DNA of 64,000 bases from Chloroflexota bacterium (GTDB lineage: Bacteria; Chloroflexota; Anaerolineae; Aggregatilineales; Phototrophicaceae): the NCBI GenBank assembly GCA_009841405.1, contig VXLV01000115.1:3630-67629 (forward strand). The letters are read 5' to 3'. The position numbers were made by a program, and so were the translations under genes. Each line of letters begins with the position of its first letter. The stretch's first letter is position 1. The notes beneath the pieces are model-generated. The model was not told the DNA's origin, did not search any database, and saw nothing but the letters and a program-made list of their open reading frames with translations. Shown in pieces: positions 39,361 to 46,938 of the stretch.

Positions 39361-40509
39361 TCAGCCGGGGCGCGCGCTGACAGCGGCGAGCAGCGCGGCG
39401 CCGTAGGTCTTGCGGCGCCAGGGACCCAGCCCGCGGATGCCCTCAAGCTCAGCGGGCGAGGCAGGATTGCGGTGGGCGATTTCCCAGAGCGCGTCTTTGC
39501 TGATGATGACGTCGGATTCGACGCCGCGCGCCTTGGCCGTTTCCCGGCGCCAGCTGTGCAGCGCGCTGTAACGGTCGACGACCGCTTGCGGAATGGTCGG
39601 CTGCGCCGGCGGGAGGTATTCGACGCGGCTGGCCTGGCCGTGCCGCACCGCCTGGATGAATTCGTCGCCGCTCTGGCGGATCAGCCAGGCGGGCAAGCCG
39701 CGCAGGTCATAGAGCTGCTTGAGCGTCCGCGGCGGCGACTTGACCAGGCGCAGCAGGGTCTTGTTGGTGATGAGCTGATGCGAGGGACGGTCGACCGATT
39801 GCGCCAGTTCATCGCGCAGGATGTAAAGCTCGCGCAGGATGGCGATCTGCTGCCCGTTGAGCGCGTTGGGGCGGCAGAGCGCCCAGTAGCCTTCGGGGTC
39901 GAATTCGTCCGACTTTAGTTCGAAGCGCGTGATATCGGCGAAGTATTCGCGCGCTTCTTCGAGGCGGTCGGCGGCTTCCAGCTCGGCGTACAACATATCG
40001 CGCAGCGCCAGCAAGTGGCAGGTATCCATCTGGGCGTAGCGGCGATAGCCCTCGGGCAGGGGCCGGCGCGCCCAATCGTCGGTCTGGTGCTTCTTGGCGT
40101 GATGCACGCCGAGCAAGTCTTTCAGCATGTGGCTCAAGCCGATGCGCGGATAACCGCAGACGCGCGCGGCCGCCATCGTATCGAAGACGTTGGCGACATC
40201 AAAGTCGAAGTCGCGCTTTAGACATATCAGATCGTACTCGGCGGCGTGAAAGACCTTCTCGATGGCGGGATCGGCCAGGACGGGCGCGAGCGCGCTGATA
40301 TCGGCGATGGCGAGCGGGTCGATAAGCAGGTCTTCGCGCGGCGTCGAGAATTGGATGAGGCAGGTGCGGCCACGGTAGGCGTGCATGCTGTTGGACTCGG
40401 TATCGCAGGCGATGCGCGCAACGGCGCCCAGGCGCTCCATCGCGGCGTCCAGGGCGGCGGCGGTTTCGATGTATGCGGCGGGGGCAATTGCGGGCGTTTT
40501 CAGGGGCAT
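39361..40509 (-). CDS. rnd: Ribonuclease D (DEDD 3'-5' exonuclease plus HRDC domain)
   Basis: IACDTESNSMHAYRGRTCLIQFST (ExoI), KVFHAAEYDLICL (ExoII), YAQMDTCHLL (ExoIII) and a C-terminal HRDC-like region. Confidence 0.88.
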   Translation of the reverse strand: MPLKTPAIAPAAYIETAAALDAAMERLGAVARIACDTESNSMHAYRGRTCLIQFSTPREDLLIDPLAIADISALAPVLADPAIEKVFHAAEYDLICLKRDFDFDVANVFDTMAAARVCGYPRIGLSHMLKDLLGVHHAKKHQTDDWARRPLPEGYRRYAQMDTCHLLALRDMLYAELEAADRLEEAREYFADITRFELKSDEFDPEGYWALCRPNALNGQQIAILRELYILRDELAQSVDRPSHQLITNKTLLRLVKSPPRTLKQLYDLRGLPAWLIRQSGDEFIQAVRHGQASRVEYLPPAQPTIPQAVVDRYSALHSWRRETAKARGVESDVIISKDALWEIAHRNPASPAELEGIRGLGPWRRKTYGAALLAAVSARPG

Positions 40510-40541
40510 GTCGGCCTATCGGACACTTTACAGGAGGTTTA

Positions 40542-40568
40542 ACCACAGAGAACACAGAGAACACAGAG
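40542..40568. repeat. 9-nt tandem repeat array (3 units: ACCACAGAG AACACAGAG AACACAGAG)
   Basis: Read directly from the sequence. Intergenic, between the corA stop and the rnd start. Confidence 0.9.
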
Positions 40569-40639
40569 ATATTCTTGGAGGTATCGTCGGCGTTGTCATA
40601 TCAGCAAGTTCATTATCTTCGAAGGATGCGTTGGCGGGC

Positions 40640-41557
40640 TTACAGCCAGTCGCGGCGGCGGAACAGGGCGAGCATCAGCAGGGCAATGGCGAGCATTATT
40701 CCGGCTGTGATTATAAAGGCGTGCGGATTATCGGCAAAGGGAAGAACGATGTTCATGCCGTAAATGCTCGATATCAGCGTCAGCGGCAGCATGATGACGG
40801 AGATGACGGTCAGGATGCGCATGACTTCGTTGATGCGGTAGCTGGCGAGGGCGTCGGCGGTATCGGCGAAGCTGTTGATGATTTCGAAATTCTCATCGGC
40901 GATATCGCGCAGCTTGGCGAGATGATCGACGACATCGCCGAAGTACTCCTCCATGTGCTCGGGCAAGAAGGCGTGCTCGCAGGATTCGAGTTGCTGCACG
41001 ACCGGGATTTGGCCGCGGATGATGCGGCGAAGCGAGATGATGTCGCGGCGCAGCAAGGCGATTTCCTGGATGACGCGGCGGGCGTCCGATTCAAAGAGAT
41101 GGTCTTCGATGGCGTGGACGCGCTGATCGACCTTGTTCAGGATGGGAAAGACGTAGTCGACCAAACGGTCGATGAGGGCGTGCAGGGCCTGGGTGGCGCC
41201 ACGCCCGAGCAAGCCGTTGCGTTCGTGCTCGTCCAGCTGGCAGGCTTCGAATGCGGCGGTCAGCGGTTTCAGGGCGCCATCGTGCACGGTGATCACGTAG
41301 TCGGGCCCGAGGAAGAAATCGACCTCGCTGGGGCGGGAGAGCTGGTCGCGGGCGTCCCAGCGCGGGAAGTGCATGACGAGGAAGAGGTACTCGTCGTCCT
41401 GGTCGAGCTTGGGGCGTTCGATGCGGCTGCGGATGTCTTCGAGGTGGAGCGGGTGGAAGTGCGGGAAGCGGCGATGCAGGGCTTCGACATCGGCGGAGGA
41501 AGGGTGGACGATGTCGATCCAGGTCGTGCCGTCGTGGCTGAGGCTGCGCGTGGTCAT
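40640..41557 (-). CDS. corA: Magnesium/cobalt transporter CorA
   Basis: C-terminal YGMN motif (SSIYGMNIVLPF) with two TM helices and an N-terminal soluble domain. I chose the start at 41557 (MTTRSLSHDGTTWIDIV). The ORF-track start at 41920 would read through the repeat arrays. Confidence 0.9.
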   Translation of the reverse strand: MTTRSLSHDGTTWIDIVHPSSADVEALHRRFPHFHPLHLEDIRSRIERPKLDQDDEYLFLVMHFPRWDARDQLSRPSEVDFFLGPDYVITVHDGALKPLTAAFEACQLDEHERNGLLGRGATQALHALIDRLVDYVFPILNKVDQRVHAIEDHLFESDARRVIQEIALLRRDIISLRRIIRGQIPVVQQLESCEHAFLPEHMEEYFGDVVDHLAKLRDIADENFEIINSFADTADALASYRINEVMRILTVISVIMLPLTLISSIYGMNIVLPFADNPHAFIITAGIMLAIALLMLALFRRRDWL

Positions 41558-41570
41558 GGGGGGTATTTTA

Positions 41571-41597
41571 GCCACAGAGGCACAGAGGGCACAGAGG
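41571..41597. repeat. 9-nt tandem repeat array (GCCACAGAG GGCACAGAG GGCACAGAG)
   Basis: Read directly. Lies in the divergent corA / cytochrome c intergenic region. Confidence 0.9.
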
Positions 41598-41604
41598 ATT
41601 TTCC

Positions 41605-41639
41605 ACCACAAAGGGCACAAAGACACGAAGGGTGCAAAG
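41605..41639. repeat. 9-nt tandem repeat array, AAG flavour (ACCACAAAG GGCACAAAG ACACGAAG GGTGCAAAG)
   Basis: Read directly. It is 7 nt after the previous array. Its head TTTTCCACCACAAAGGGCAC recurs at 42279. Confidence 0.85.
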
Positions 41640-41766
41640 AAAAACACTTCTGTAAGATTTTGGCCGCAAGCATTGGCTATATTTGCAAGTGAGTCGGTCC
41701 AGGCGTGGCGCGCTCCATGTCGGTCGCGAGCGCTGAAAATCGGCAGGGCTAGACGAGGATCCAGGT

Positions 41767-42228
41767 ATGAAGAAGCGAGGCCGGCTGCGCGCGATGAAGA
41801 AGCGTCAGCGAATTGTAATCCTGGCTGTAATCGCGTGGGTTGCGTTTGGGGTGGTGGCGGGGCTGGCGATTGTGTCGCTGACCGCGGAGGAGAGCGATGT
41901 GGTGACGGTAGCGGTCGCACTGCCGGCTACGTATTCGCAAGAAGCGCAGGCGGGCGAAGGGTTGTTCAAGGCGAATTGCCAGGCTTGCCACGGGCCGAAC
42001 GCGTCGGGCACGAAGCTGGGGCCGCCGCTGATTCATGACATCTATAATCCGGGCCATCACTCTGACGAGGCGTTTTATCTGGCGGCGGCGACGGGCGTGC
42101 GGGCGCATCACTGGCCGTATGGGGATATGCCGGCTCAGCCGCAGGTGACGCGCGAGGAGGTGGGGCTGATCATTCGCTTCGTGCGGGAGTTGCAGGAGGC
42201 GAATGGGATTGTGCGCAAGGCGTACTAG
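41767..42228 (+). CDS. Membrane-anchored mono-heme cytochrome c
   Basis: N-terminal TM helix (IVILAVIAWVAFGVVAGLAIV) and heme motif CQACHG, with a downstream Met (YGDMPAQ) as the likely sixth ligand. Confidence 0.8.
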   Translation: MKKRGRLRAMKKRQRIVILAVIAWVAFGVVAGLAIVSLTAEESDVVTVAVALPATYSQEAQAGEGLFKANCQACHGPNASGTKLGPPLIHDIYNPGHHSDEAFYLAAATGVRAHHWPYGDMPAQPQVTREEVGLIIRFVRELQEANGIVRKAY

Positions 42229-42251
42229 GTGTTGTGGGGCCCCACCCCAAA

Positions 42252-42283
42252 CCCCTCCCCCAAGATAAGGGACGGGCTTTTTT
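42252..42283 (+). terminator. Possible intrinsic terminator after the cytochrome c gene
   Basis: CCCCTCCC / GGGACGGG arms (one C-C mismatch), a 9-nt loop, then C plus six T. It is part of a degenerate C/G-run element. Confidence 0.45.
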
Positions 42284-42284
42284 C

Positions 42285-42311
42285 ACCACAAAGGGCACGA
42301 AGGGCACGAAG
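42285..42311. repeat. 9-nt tandem repeat array (ACCACAAAG GGCACGAAG GGCACGAAG)
   Basis: Read directly. Lies at the left edge of the low-GC island, 9 nt from the stop of the ATPase-TOPRIM gene. Confidence 0.9.
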
Positions 42312-42319
42312 ATTGGTGG

Positions 42320-44161
42320 TCAGGGGGATGCGGGCTGGTTGGCTTCTTTAAGAATGCACTTAATGAGTTTAACGATTTCGTGGAAGTGGCTGGGGTTGTC
42401 GGCGAGGATGCGCTTGGTGATTTCTTCGCCGTACTGTACCTTATTGCCCTTGTAGCTGATTCCAGCCAAGTCTTGAAACAATCTGTCAAGTAGCTTCGCA
42501 CCGTCGACAGATTTCAGCCAGTCAAGATCGTCAAAGTCCGCCCCTTCCTGCTCACAAATCCAGGACTCGACTGACTTTGCAGTCTGGTCTTTCGCCTTAT
42601 CTTCCGCGGCGTCGCGGTTGAGAATAACTGCCAGGTACTCTGGGACAATTAAGTAGCTCTCGTAGTTCTGTCGAGGCAAGAACTTTCTCGTATTGGTTTC
42701 TTCAAAGTCATCATTTTGCAGGTCGCCATCAAAGACGAAAGCCAGCACTGACGGCAATATACCGACGCTGCCGGATAGCCGCGCGTATATCTGCTCGATT
42801 AGCGCGCCACGTCTCTTGTCGTTAAAGTCACCCGTATGGACCACTTCTATGATGTCAACGCCTCCGCCCAGCCCGCCGTTGAGATCCATTATTCTTTTGA
42901 AGCAAATCCGGTCAGTCTTGCCTTCGACCCAGATGACGGCATCCATGCCGAAGATGTCGGAACGACTGGATCCGATTTGGCGGAGCATATCTTCCAGTTC
43001 GGCGTTGTCGTTGACGTTTACACTCTTTACACTGCTTACCATATTCTCGCGTGTTACGAGAAGAATGCGTTTTTCCTTGACCGACATGATGGCAGTAGGC
43101 GAATGCGTGGCGATGATGTATTGGTGGTGGTCATGTTCCTGGAAGATTTCGAGCAACTTGCGGATAGCGCCCGGATGGAGGAATGAGTTTGGCTCGTCGA
43201 TAAGGAGGACACGTGGCTGCGATTCATTGTAGAAAAGAACGACATAGAGCATGGCAAGGATTTGACCGACGCCAGTTCCACATTTGTCTTGCGATACGCC
43301 TAGGTCATTTCGCTCGTAGTGTGCATCAATATAATCAAGCATAAGCGATACAGTTCCTTGGCCGTCCGATACGGTTCGCAAGTCAAGAATTTCGGGTATT
43401 ACTCGCTGCACGGCCTGGAGATACTTATGAAACCTACCACGATTGCGACTCTGAATCGTATCAAGCACCTGACCGAGATTCGATGCGTTATTATTAAGTA
43501 CTAGATCGGGGATTTCGGGCGCAGCGGGCAATACTGGACGTACAGCTTGAAATCGGTAAATTGAATTAGGAACTCGATCTTGCCAGCCAAGCCAATAGTC
43601 AACGACTGCATGTCCATTTCTATGTAGCTCGGGCTCTTCTGCTGCGACTTCCTTCATACGAATTCGAAAGCTCAGAGCGTCTTCAGTCGAAAATCTAGTT
43701 AACGCCGGGTCCAGATCAGCAATACTCAAAACCGTTTCGCTGTCTCGCGATCCACCGCTACCATACGTAAGTCTCAACCCAAATGCACCATCGAAAAACC
43801 TGTCTATGTACTCGCGAAATTGCCCAGAGAATTTTGGGTGAAGTGGAATAAAGAAATCTGTCTCATCTAAACGCACATTGTGCAAGCTGGCCACTAGGTT
43901 TTGCATAAGGTGCTTCTCTGACCAACCGTATTCAATCTGATAATTTATACGACCAAGAACCTGGCTGTTTGAGATACGCGACGGTAACGTTTTCTCACTC
44001 CGATGCACTTGTCCATTCACACCAGGTGTCAACGCATCCAAAAGTGCCGTTTTGCCAGCGTTGTTTTTTCCCACAACGAAGTTTATCCCCGGACCCAACT
44101 CAAATTCCGGCGTCTCGTAGAAGCAAACGTAGTTGTTCAGCTTGACTTTCGTAATTCGCAT
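42320..44161 (-). CDS. ABC/AAA15-type ATPase fused to a TOPRIM-like nuclease domain (OLD-family or fused-PARIS-like candidate defence protein)
   Basis: Walker A GKNNAGKT (aa 31-38), signature-like SQDKCGTGVGQILAML (290-305), Walker B RVLLIDEP (317-324), H-loop ATHSP (351-355), TOPRIM Glu in VIWVEGKTD (409-417) and DxD in FVFDGDLQ (475-482). The gene is visibly AT-richer than its neighbours. Confidence 0.8.
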   Translation of the reverse strand: MRITKVKLNNYVCFYETPEFELGPGINFVVGKNNAGKTALLDALTPGVNGQVHRSEKTLPSRISNSQVLGRINYQIEYGWSEKHLMQNLVASLHNVRLDETDFFIPLHPKFSGQFREYIDRFFDGAFGLRLTYGSGGSRDSETVLSIADLDPALTRFSTEDALSFRIRMKEVAAEEPELHRNGHAVVDYWLGWQDRVPNSIYRFQAVRPVLPAAPEIPDLVLNNNASNLGQVLDTIQSRNRGRFHKYLQAVQRVIPEILDLRTVSDGQGTVSLMLDYIDAHYERNDLGVSQDKCGTGVGQILAMLYVVLFYNESQPRVLLIDEPNSFLHPGAIRKLLEIFQEHDHHQYIIATHSPTAIMSVKEKRILLVTRENMVSSVKSVNVNDNAELEDMLRQIGSSRSDIFGMDAVIWVEGKTDRICFKRIMDLNGGLGGGVDIIEVVHTGDFNDKRRGALIEQIYARLSGSVGILPSVLAFVFDGDLQNDDFEETNTRKFLPRQNYESYLIVPEYLAVILNRDAAEDKAKDQTAKSVESWICEQEGADFDDLDWLKSVDGAKLLDRLFQDLAGISYKGNKVQYGEEITKRILADNPSHFHEIVKLIKCILKEANQPASP

Positions 44162-44347
44162 GACGATTCCTCGCTCAGCGCTTCAACCCGCAGCATTATA
44201 CGATACAATCCAGCGCGGCTCGCGTATGGAATCCCAAAAACATTTCACTTGTATCCCCCGCTTCGATTGTGATATATTTAACTATCGAAAAGTCGATGGC
44301 TCTGTTACGCTGAAAATCCGCTAGAATCACGCGGCAGTCCTGTTGAA

Positions 44348-44959
44348 ATGGAAGGCGCTATGGCGACAGCAGAATCCACAAATCCAACCGCGCTTAGCGC
44401 ACCGGTGGCGCGCGCTGCGGCCAGGCCCAGCATCCAGGTGGCCGCGCCCAGCCGGCGCGAATTCCTCTACTATATCTGGGGCGCGTCGATGGCCTTGCTG
44501 CTTGGGCAGACTTCGGCGGGCCTCATCTGGTTCGCTTTCCCGCGCTTCAAGGAAGGCGAGTTCGGCGGCACTTTCGCCTTCAACCCCGAGGAGTTGCCGG
44601 GCGCGGGCGCGGCGCCGGTGACCGTGCCTTCCGGGCGCTTTCACATTTCGCACACCCCGGAAGGCATGCGCGCGCTCTATCAGGTTTGCACGCATCTGGG
44701 CTGTTTGCCCAAGTGGGTGCCGACGAACTTCCGCTTTGAATGTCCCTGCCATGGCTCGAAGTTTCAGTTGAACGGCGAATGGATCGAAGGGCCGGCGCCG
44801 CGCCATCTGGATCGTTTCATCGCCACGGTGACTTACGCCGATGGCGAGACGGTCGAAACGCCGCCCGACGGCGGGGCGATTCCGCTGGACCCGGAGCGCG
44901 AAATCACCAGCATTCAGATTGATACCGGCGCGCGCATCGTCGGCGAATTGCACCCCTAG
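44348..44959 (+). CDS. Rieske [2Fe-2S] subunit of a cytochrome bc/b6f-type complex
   Basis: Cluster boxes CTHLGC and CPCHGS, with a Tat-like N-terminus (SRREFLYYIWGASMALLLG). Confidence 0.9.
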   Translation: MEGAMATAESTNPTALSAPVARAAARPSIQVAAPSRREFLYYIWGASMALLLGQTSAGLIWFAFPRFKEGEFGGTFAFNPEELPGAGAAPVTVPSGRFHISHTPEGMRALYQVCTHLGCLPKWVPTNFRFECPCHGSKFQLNGEWIEGPAPRHLDRFIATVTYADGETVETPPDGGAIPLDPEREITSIQIDTGARIVGELHP

Positions 44960-44987
44960 CGCGGATGAAATCTCACGAGGAGTTTCC

Positions 44988-46880
44988 ATGAGCATCCTCC
45001 CCTTCCCGTCCTTCCTGGATGACGTCAAGGAAAAGGGTTTCAAGAAGGCGGTGTTCGAGGGCATCGACGACTCGGTCGAGCGCCTGACCGCCGGCTTGAA
45101 TGTGCAGGACTTGCGCGAAGCCTTTCGCGGGGAAAGCGCGAGCCGCCGCCCGAATCCGCGCTTGACGCCGCATGCGGACGGTTTCTGGCTGCATATGCGC
45201 CCGTCTTACTTCAACCGTGATGTCACCGGGATGTATCCGACATTCCGGTTGGGCTGGCTTTCTTCCTATTTTGTCTTCTTCGAGACGATCACGGGCATTT
45301 TGCTGATGCTCTGGTACACGCCGTCGCCGGAGATCGCTTATGGCGATATGCTGACGATTTTGAGCAATGTGCCGCTCGGCCAGCTGATGCGCGACATGCA
45401 CCGGTTGGGCGCCGAATTCATGGTGGCGGTAGTGGCGCTGCACATGATGCGAACGTGGATCACGGGCAGTTACAAGAAGCCGCGACAGTTCACCTGGTTC
45501 AGCGGCTTGCTTTTGCTGGTGATTACCGGCTTTTTGAGTTTTTCCGGTTATTTGCTGCCCTGGGATCAGCTGTCGCTGTGGGCGGTGACGATCGGCGCTT
45601 CGATGGCCGAGGCGACGCCGGTGGTTGGCGACCAGGTCAATCTGCTGCTGCGGGGCGCGCCGGAGCTGGGCGCGAACGGTCTGCTGCGCTTTTATCTGCT
45701 GCATGTGCTGGCGCTGCCAGCGCTGCTATTTGTGTTCTTTGGCGTGCACTATTACAAGGTGGTCATCCACGGGCACAGCCTGCCGCCGCAGAAGGAGAAT
45801 ATCGGCGAGGATTCGGCCAAGCGCGTGCCGCTGGACAAACGCGTCTACTTCATTCCTGACATGCTGACTTACGAGATGTTCTGGCTGGGCGCGACCACTT
45901 TCATCATCACGGTGCTGTGCATCTGGTTCTATCACGCGCCGCTGGAGAATCACGCTGACCCGCAGGTGACGCCGCTGGGCACGACCGCGCCCTGGTACTT
46001 CCTGTGGATTCAGGGCGCGCTTAAGCTGGGCGACAAGTTTTTCTGGGGCGTGGCTTTCCCGACGATCGCGCTGGGCGGGCTGGCGATGCTGCCCTACCTG
46101 GACGTAACGCCCAGTCGGCGCTTCGCGCATCGCCGCTTCATGCTGACGATCGCCATGCTGCTGGTGTCGGCGACCACGGTGCTCAGTTATATGGGCTTGG
46201 CGAAGTTCGCCGTGCAGACATCGGCCGAGACCGAGATTGTACATGAGCTGACCTTTGAGCCGGCGCACAGCAAGGTCGGCACTGGGCGGACGATACCCTT
46301 TGACCAGATGATCGTCGGCGCGTACACGACTGCGCAAATGCATCATTTCGACGACATGACGACCAACGATATGATCGCTCAGATCAACGCCGAGACGGCT
46401 GCCAATGGTCAGTTTGACCAGATGATTCAGGAGTTGAAGGACCAGCACCTTAGCGCGAACCAACTGCCGCTGCGCTTCCGCAGCGTACCCGCTGACGAGG
46501 CGCCGAAGCTGATGCAAGTTATGGAGGAGTTCGCCCATCATCTGGAGGCGGCGCCGGACGAGTTGCCCAATGTTTGGGGCGCGTTGGTCATCACCGACAA
46601 TCAGGCAAGTTTGAAGCGCCTGGACTGGGTCGTGAGTTGGGATACGGTTCTGATTGAAGGCGGCAACGTGCAACTGGACGAGGCGGGCGAGCCGATCCTG
46701 GTCTACGCCACCGAGATGGTCGAGGTGACTGACAGCGAGGGCAATCCGGTTGTGGGCGATGATGGCGAAGCGCTTGTGGAAGAAGTTCCCGTGCTGGATG
46801 ACGCCGGCAACCCGGTCCCGGCGCGGCGAATCTATAGCGACCATCTCTTCATTCACCAGGCATCGGCGTACTTTGATTAG
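44988..46880 (+). CDS. Cytochrome b (b6-like core fused to subunit-IV-like part) with a ~220-aa soluble C-terminal extension
   Basis: Heme-ligand His in HRLGAEFMVAVVALHMM and FYLLHVLALPALLFVFFGVHYY, GYLLPWDQLSLWA motif and PEWY-like APWYFLW. The ATG at 44988 has a GAGGA 8 nt upstream. Confidence 0.85.
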   Translation: MSILPFPSFLDDVKEKGFKKAVFEGIDDSVERLTAGLNVQDLREAFRGESASRRPNPRLTPHADGFWLHMRPSYFNRDVTGMYPTFRLGWLSSYFVFFETITGILLMLWYTPSPEIAYGDMLTILSNVPLGQLMRDMHRLGAEFMVAVVALHMMRTWITGSYKKPRQFTWFSGLLLLVITGFLSFSGYLLPWDQLSLWAVTIGASMAEATPVVGDQVNLLLRGAPELGANGLLRFYLLHVLALPALLFVFFGVHYYKVVIHGHSLPPQKENIGEDSAKRVPLDKRVYFIPDMLTYEMFWLGATTFIITVLCIWFYHAPLENHADPQVTPLGTTAPWYFLWIQGALKLGDKFFWGVAFPTIALGGLAMLPYLDVTPSRRFAHRRFMLTIAMLLVSATTVLSYMGLAKFAVQTSAETEIVHELTFEPAHSKVGTGRTIPFDQMIVGAYTTAQMHHFDDMTTNDMIAQINAETAANGQFDQMIQELKDQHLSANQLPLRFRSVPADEAPKLMQVMEEFAHHLEAAPDELPNVWGALVITDNQASLKRLDWVVSWDTVLIEGGNVQLDEAGEPILVYATEMVEVTDSEGNPVVGDDGEALVEEVPVLDDAGNPVPARRIYSDHLFIHQASAYFD

Positions 46881-46938
46881 CGCCTTTGCGCCGCGCAGTC
46901 AGTGATTTGTCGCGGCGAGGGAGACACAAGGACATTTC

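Noticed and set aside
38683-41692. Plus-strand ORFs 38683..39918 (411 aa) and 40385..41692 (435 aa)
   Set aside because: They are antisense to NUDIX/RNase D and to corA respectively, all of which have clear family motifs. The second also reads through the 9-nt repeat arrays (FNHREHREHRD), which is a repeat-translation artefact.
41558-41920. 121-residue N-terminal extension of corA given by the ORF track (start 41920)
   Set aside because: The extension is Pro/Ser/Ala-rich, crosses two tandem repeat arrays and overlaps the divergent cytochrome c gene. CorA homology begins at the Met at 41557.
40542-42311. The short repeat arrays as a possible CRISPR locus
   Set aside because: The units are only 9 nt and directly abutting, with no spacers. 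There are 3-4 units per array, no cas genes and no leader. This is a tandem micro-repeat family, not CRISPR.
42229-44347. The low-GC island as an IS element, integrative element or prophage remnant
   Set aside because: No transposase, integrase or recombinase ORF is present, and I could find no terminal inverted repeats or target-site duplication. There is only one cargo gene. It is reported as a compositional island, not as a mobile_element feature.
44327-45064. 245-aa minus-strand ORF overlapping the Rieske gene
   Set aside because: It runs antisense to a gene with both Rieske cluster boxes. The composition is Arg-rich shadow-ORF type.
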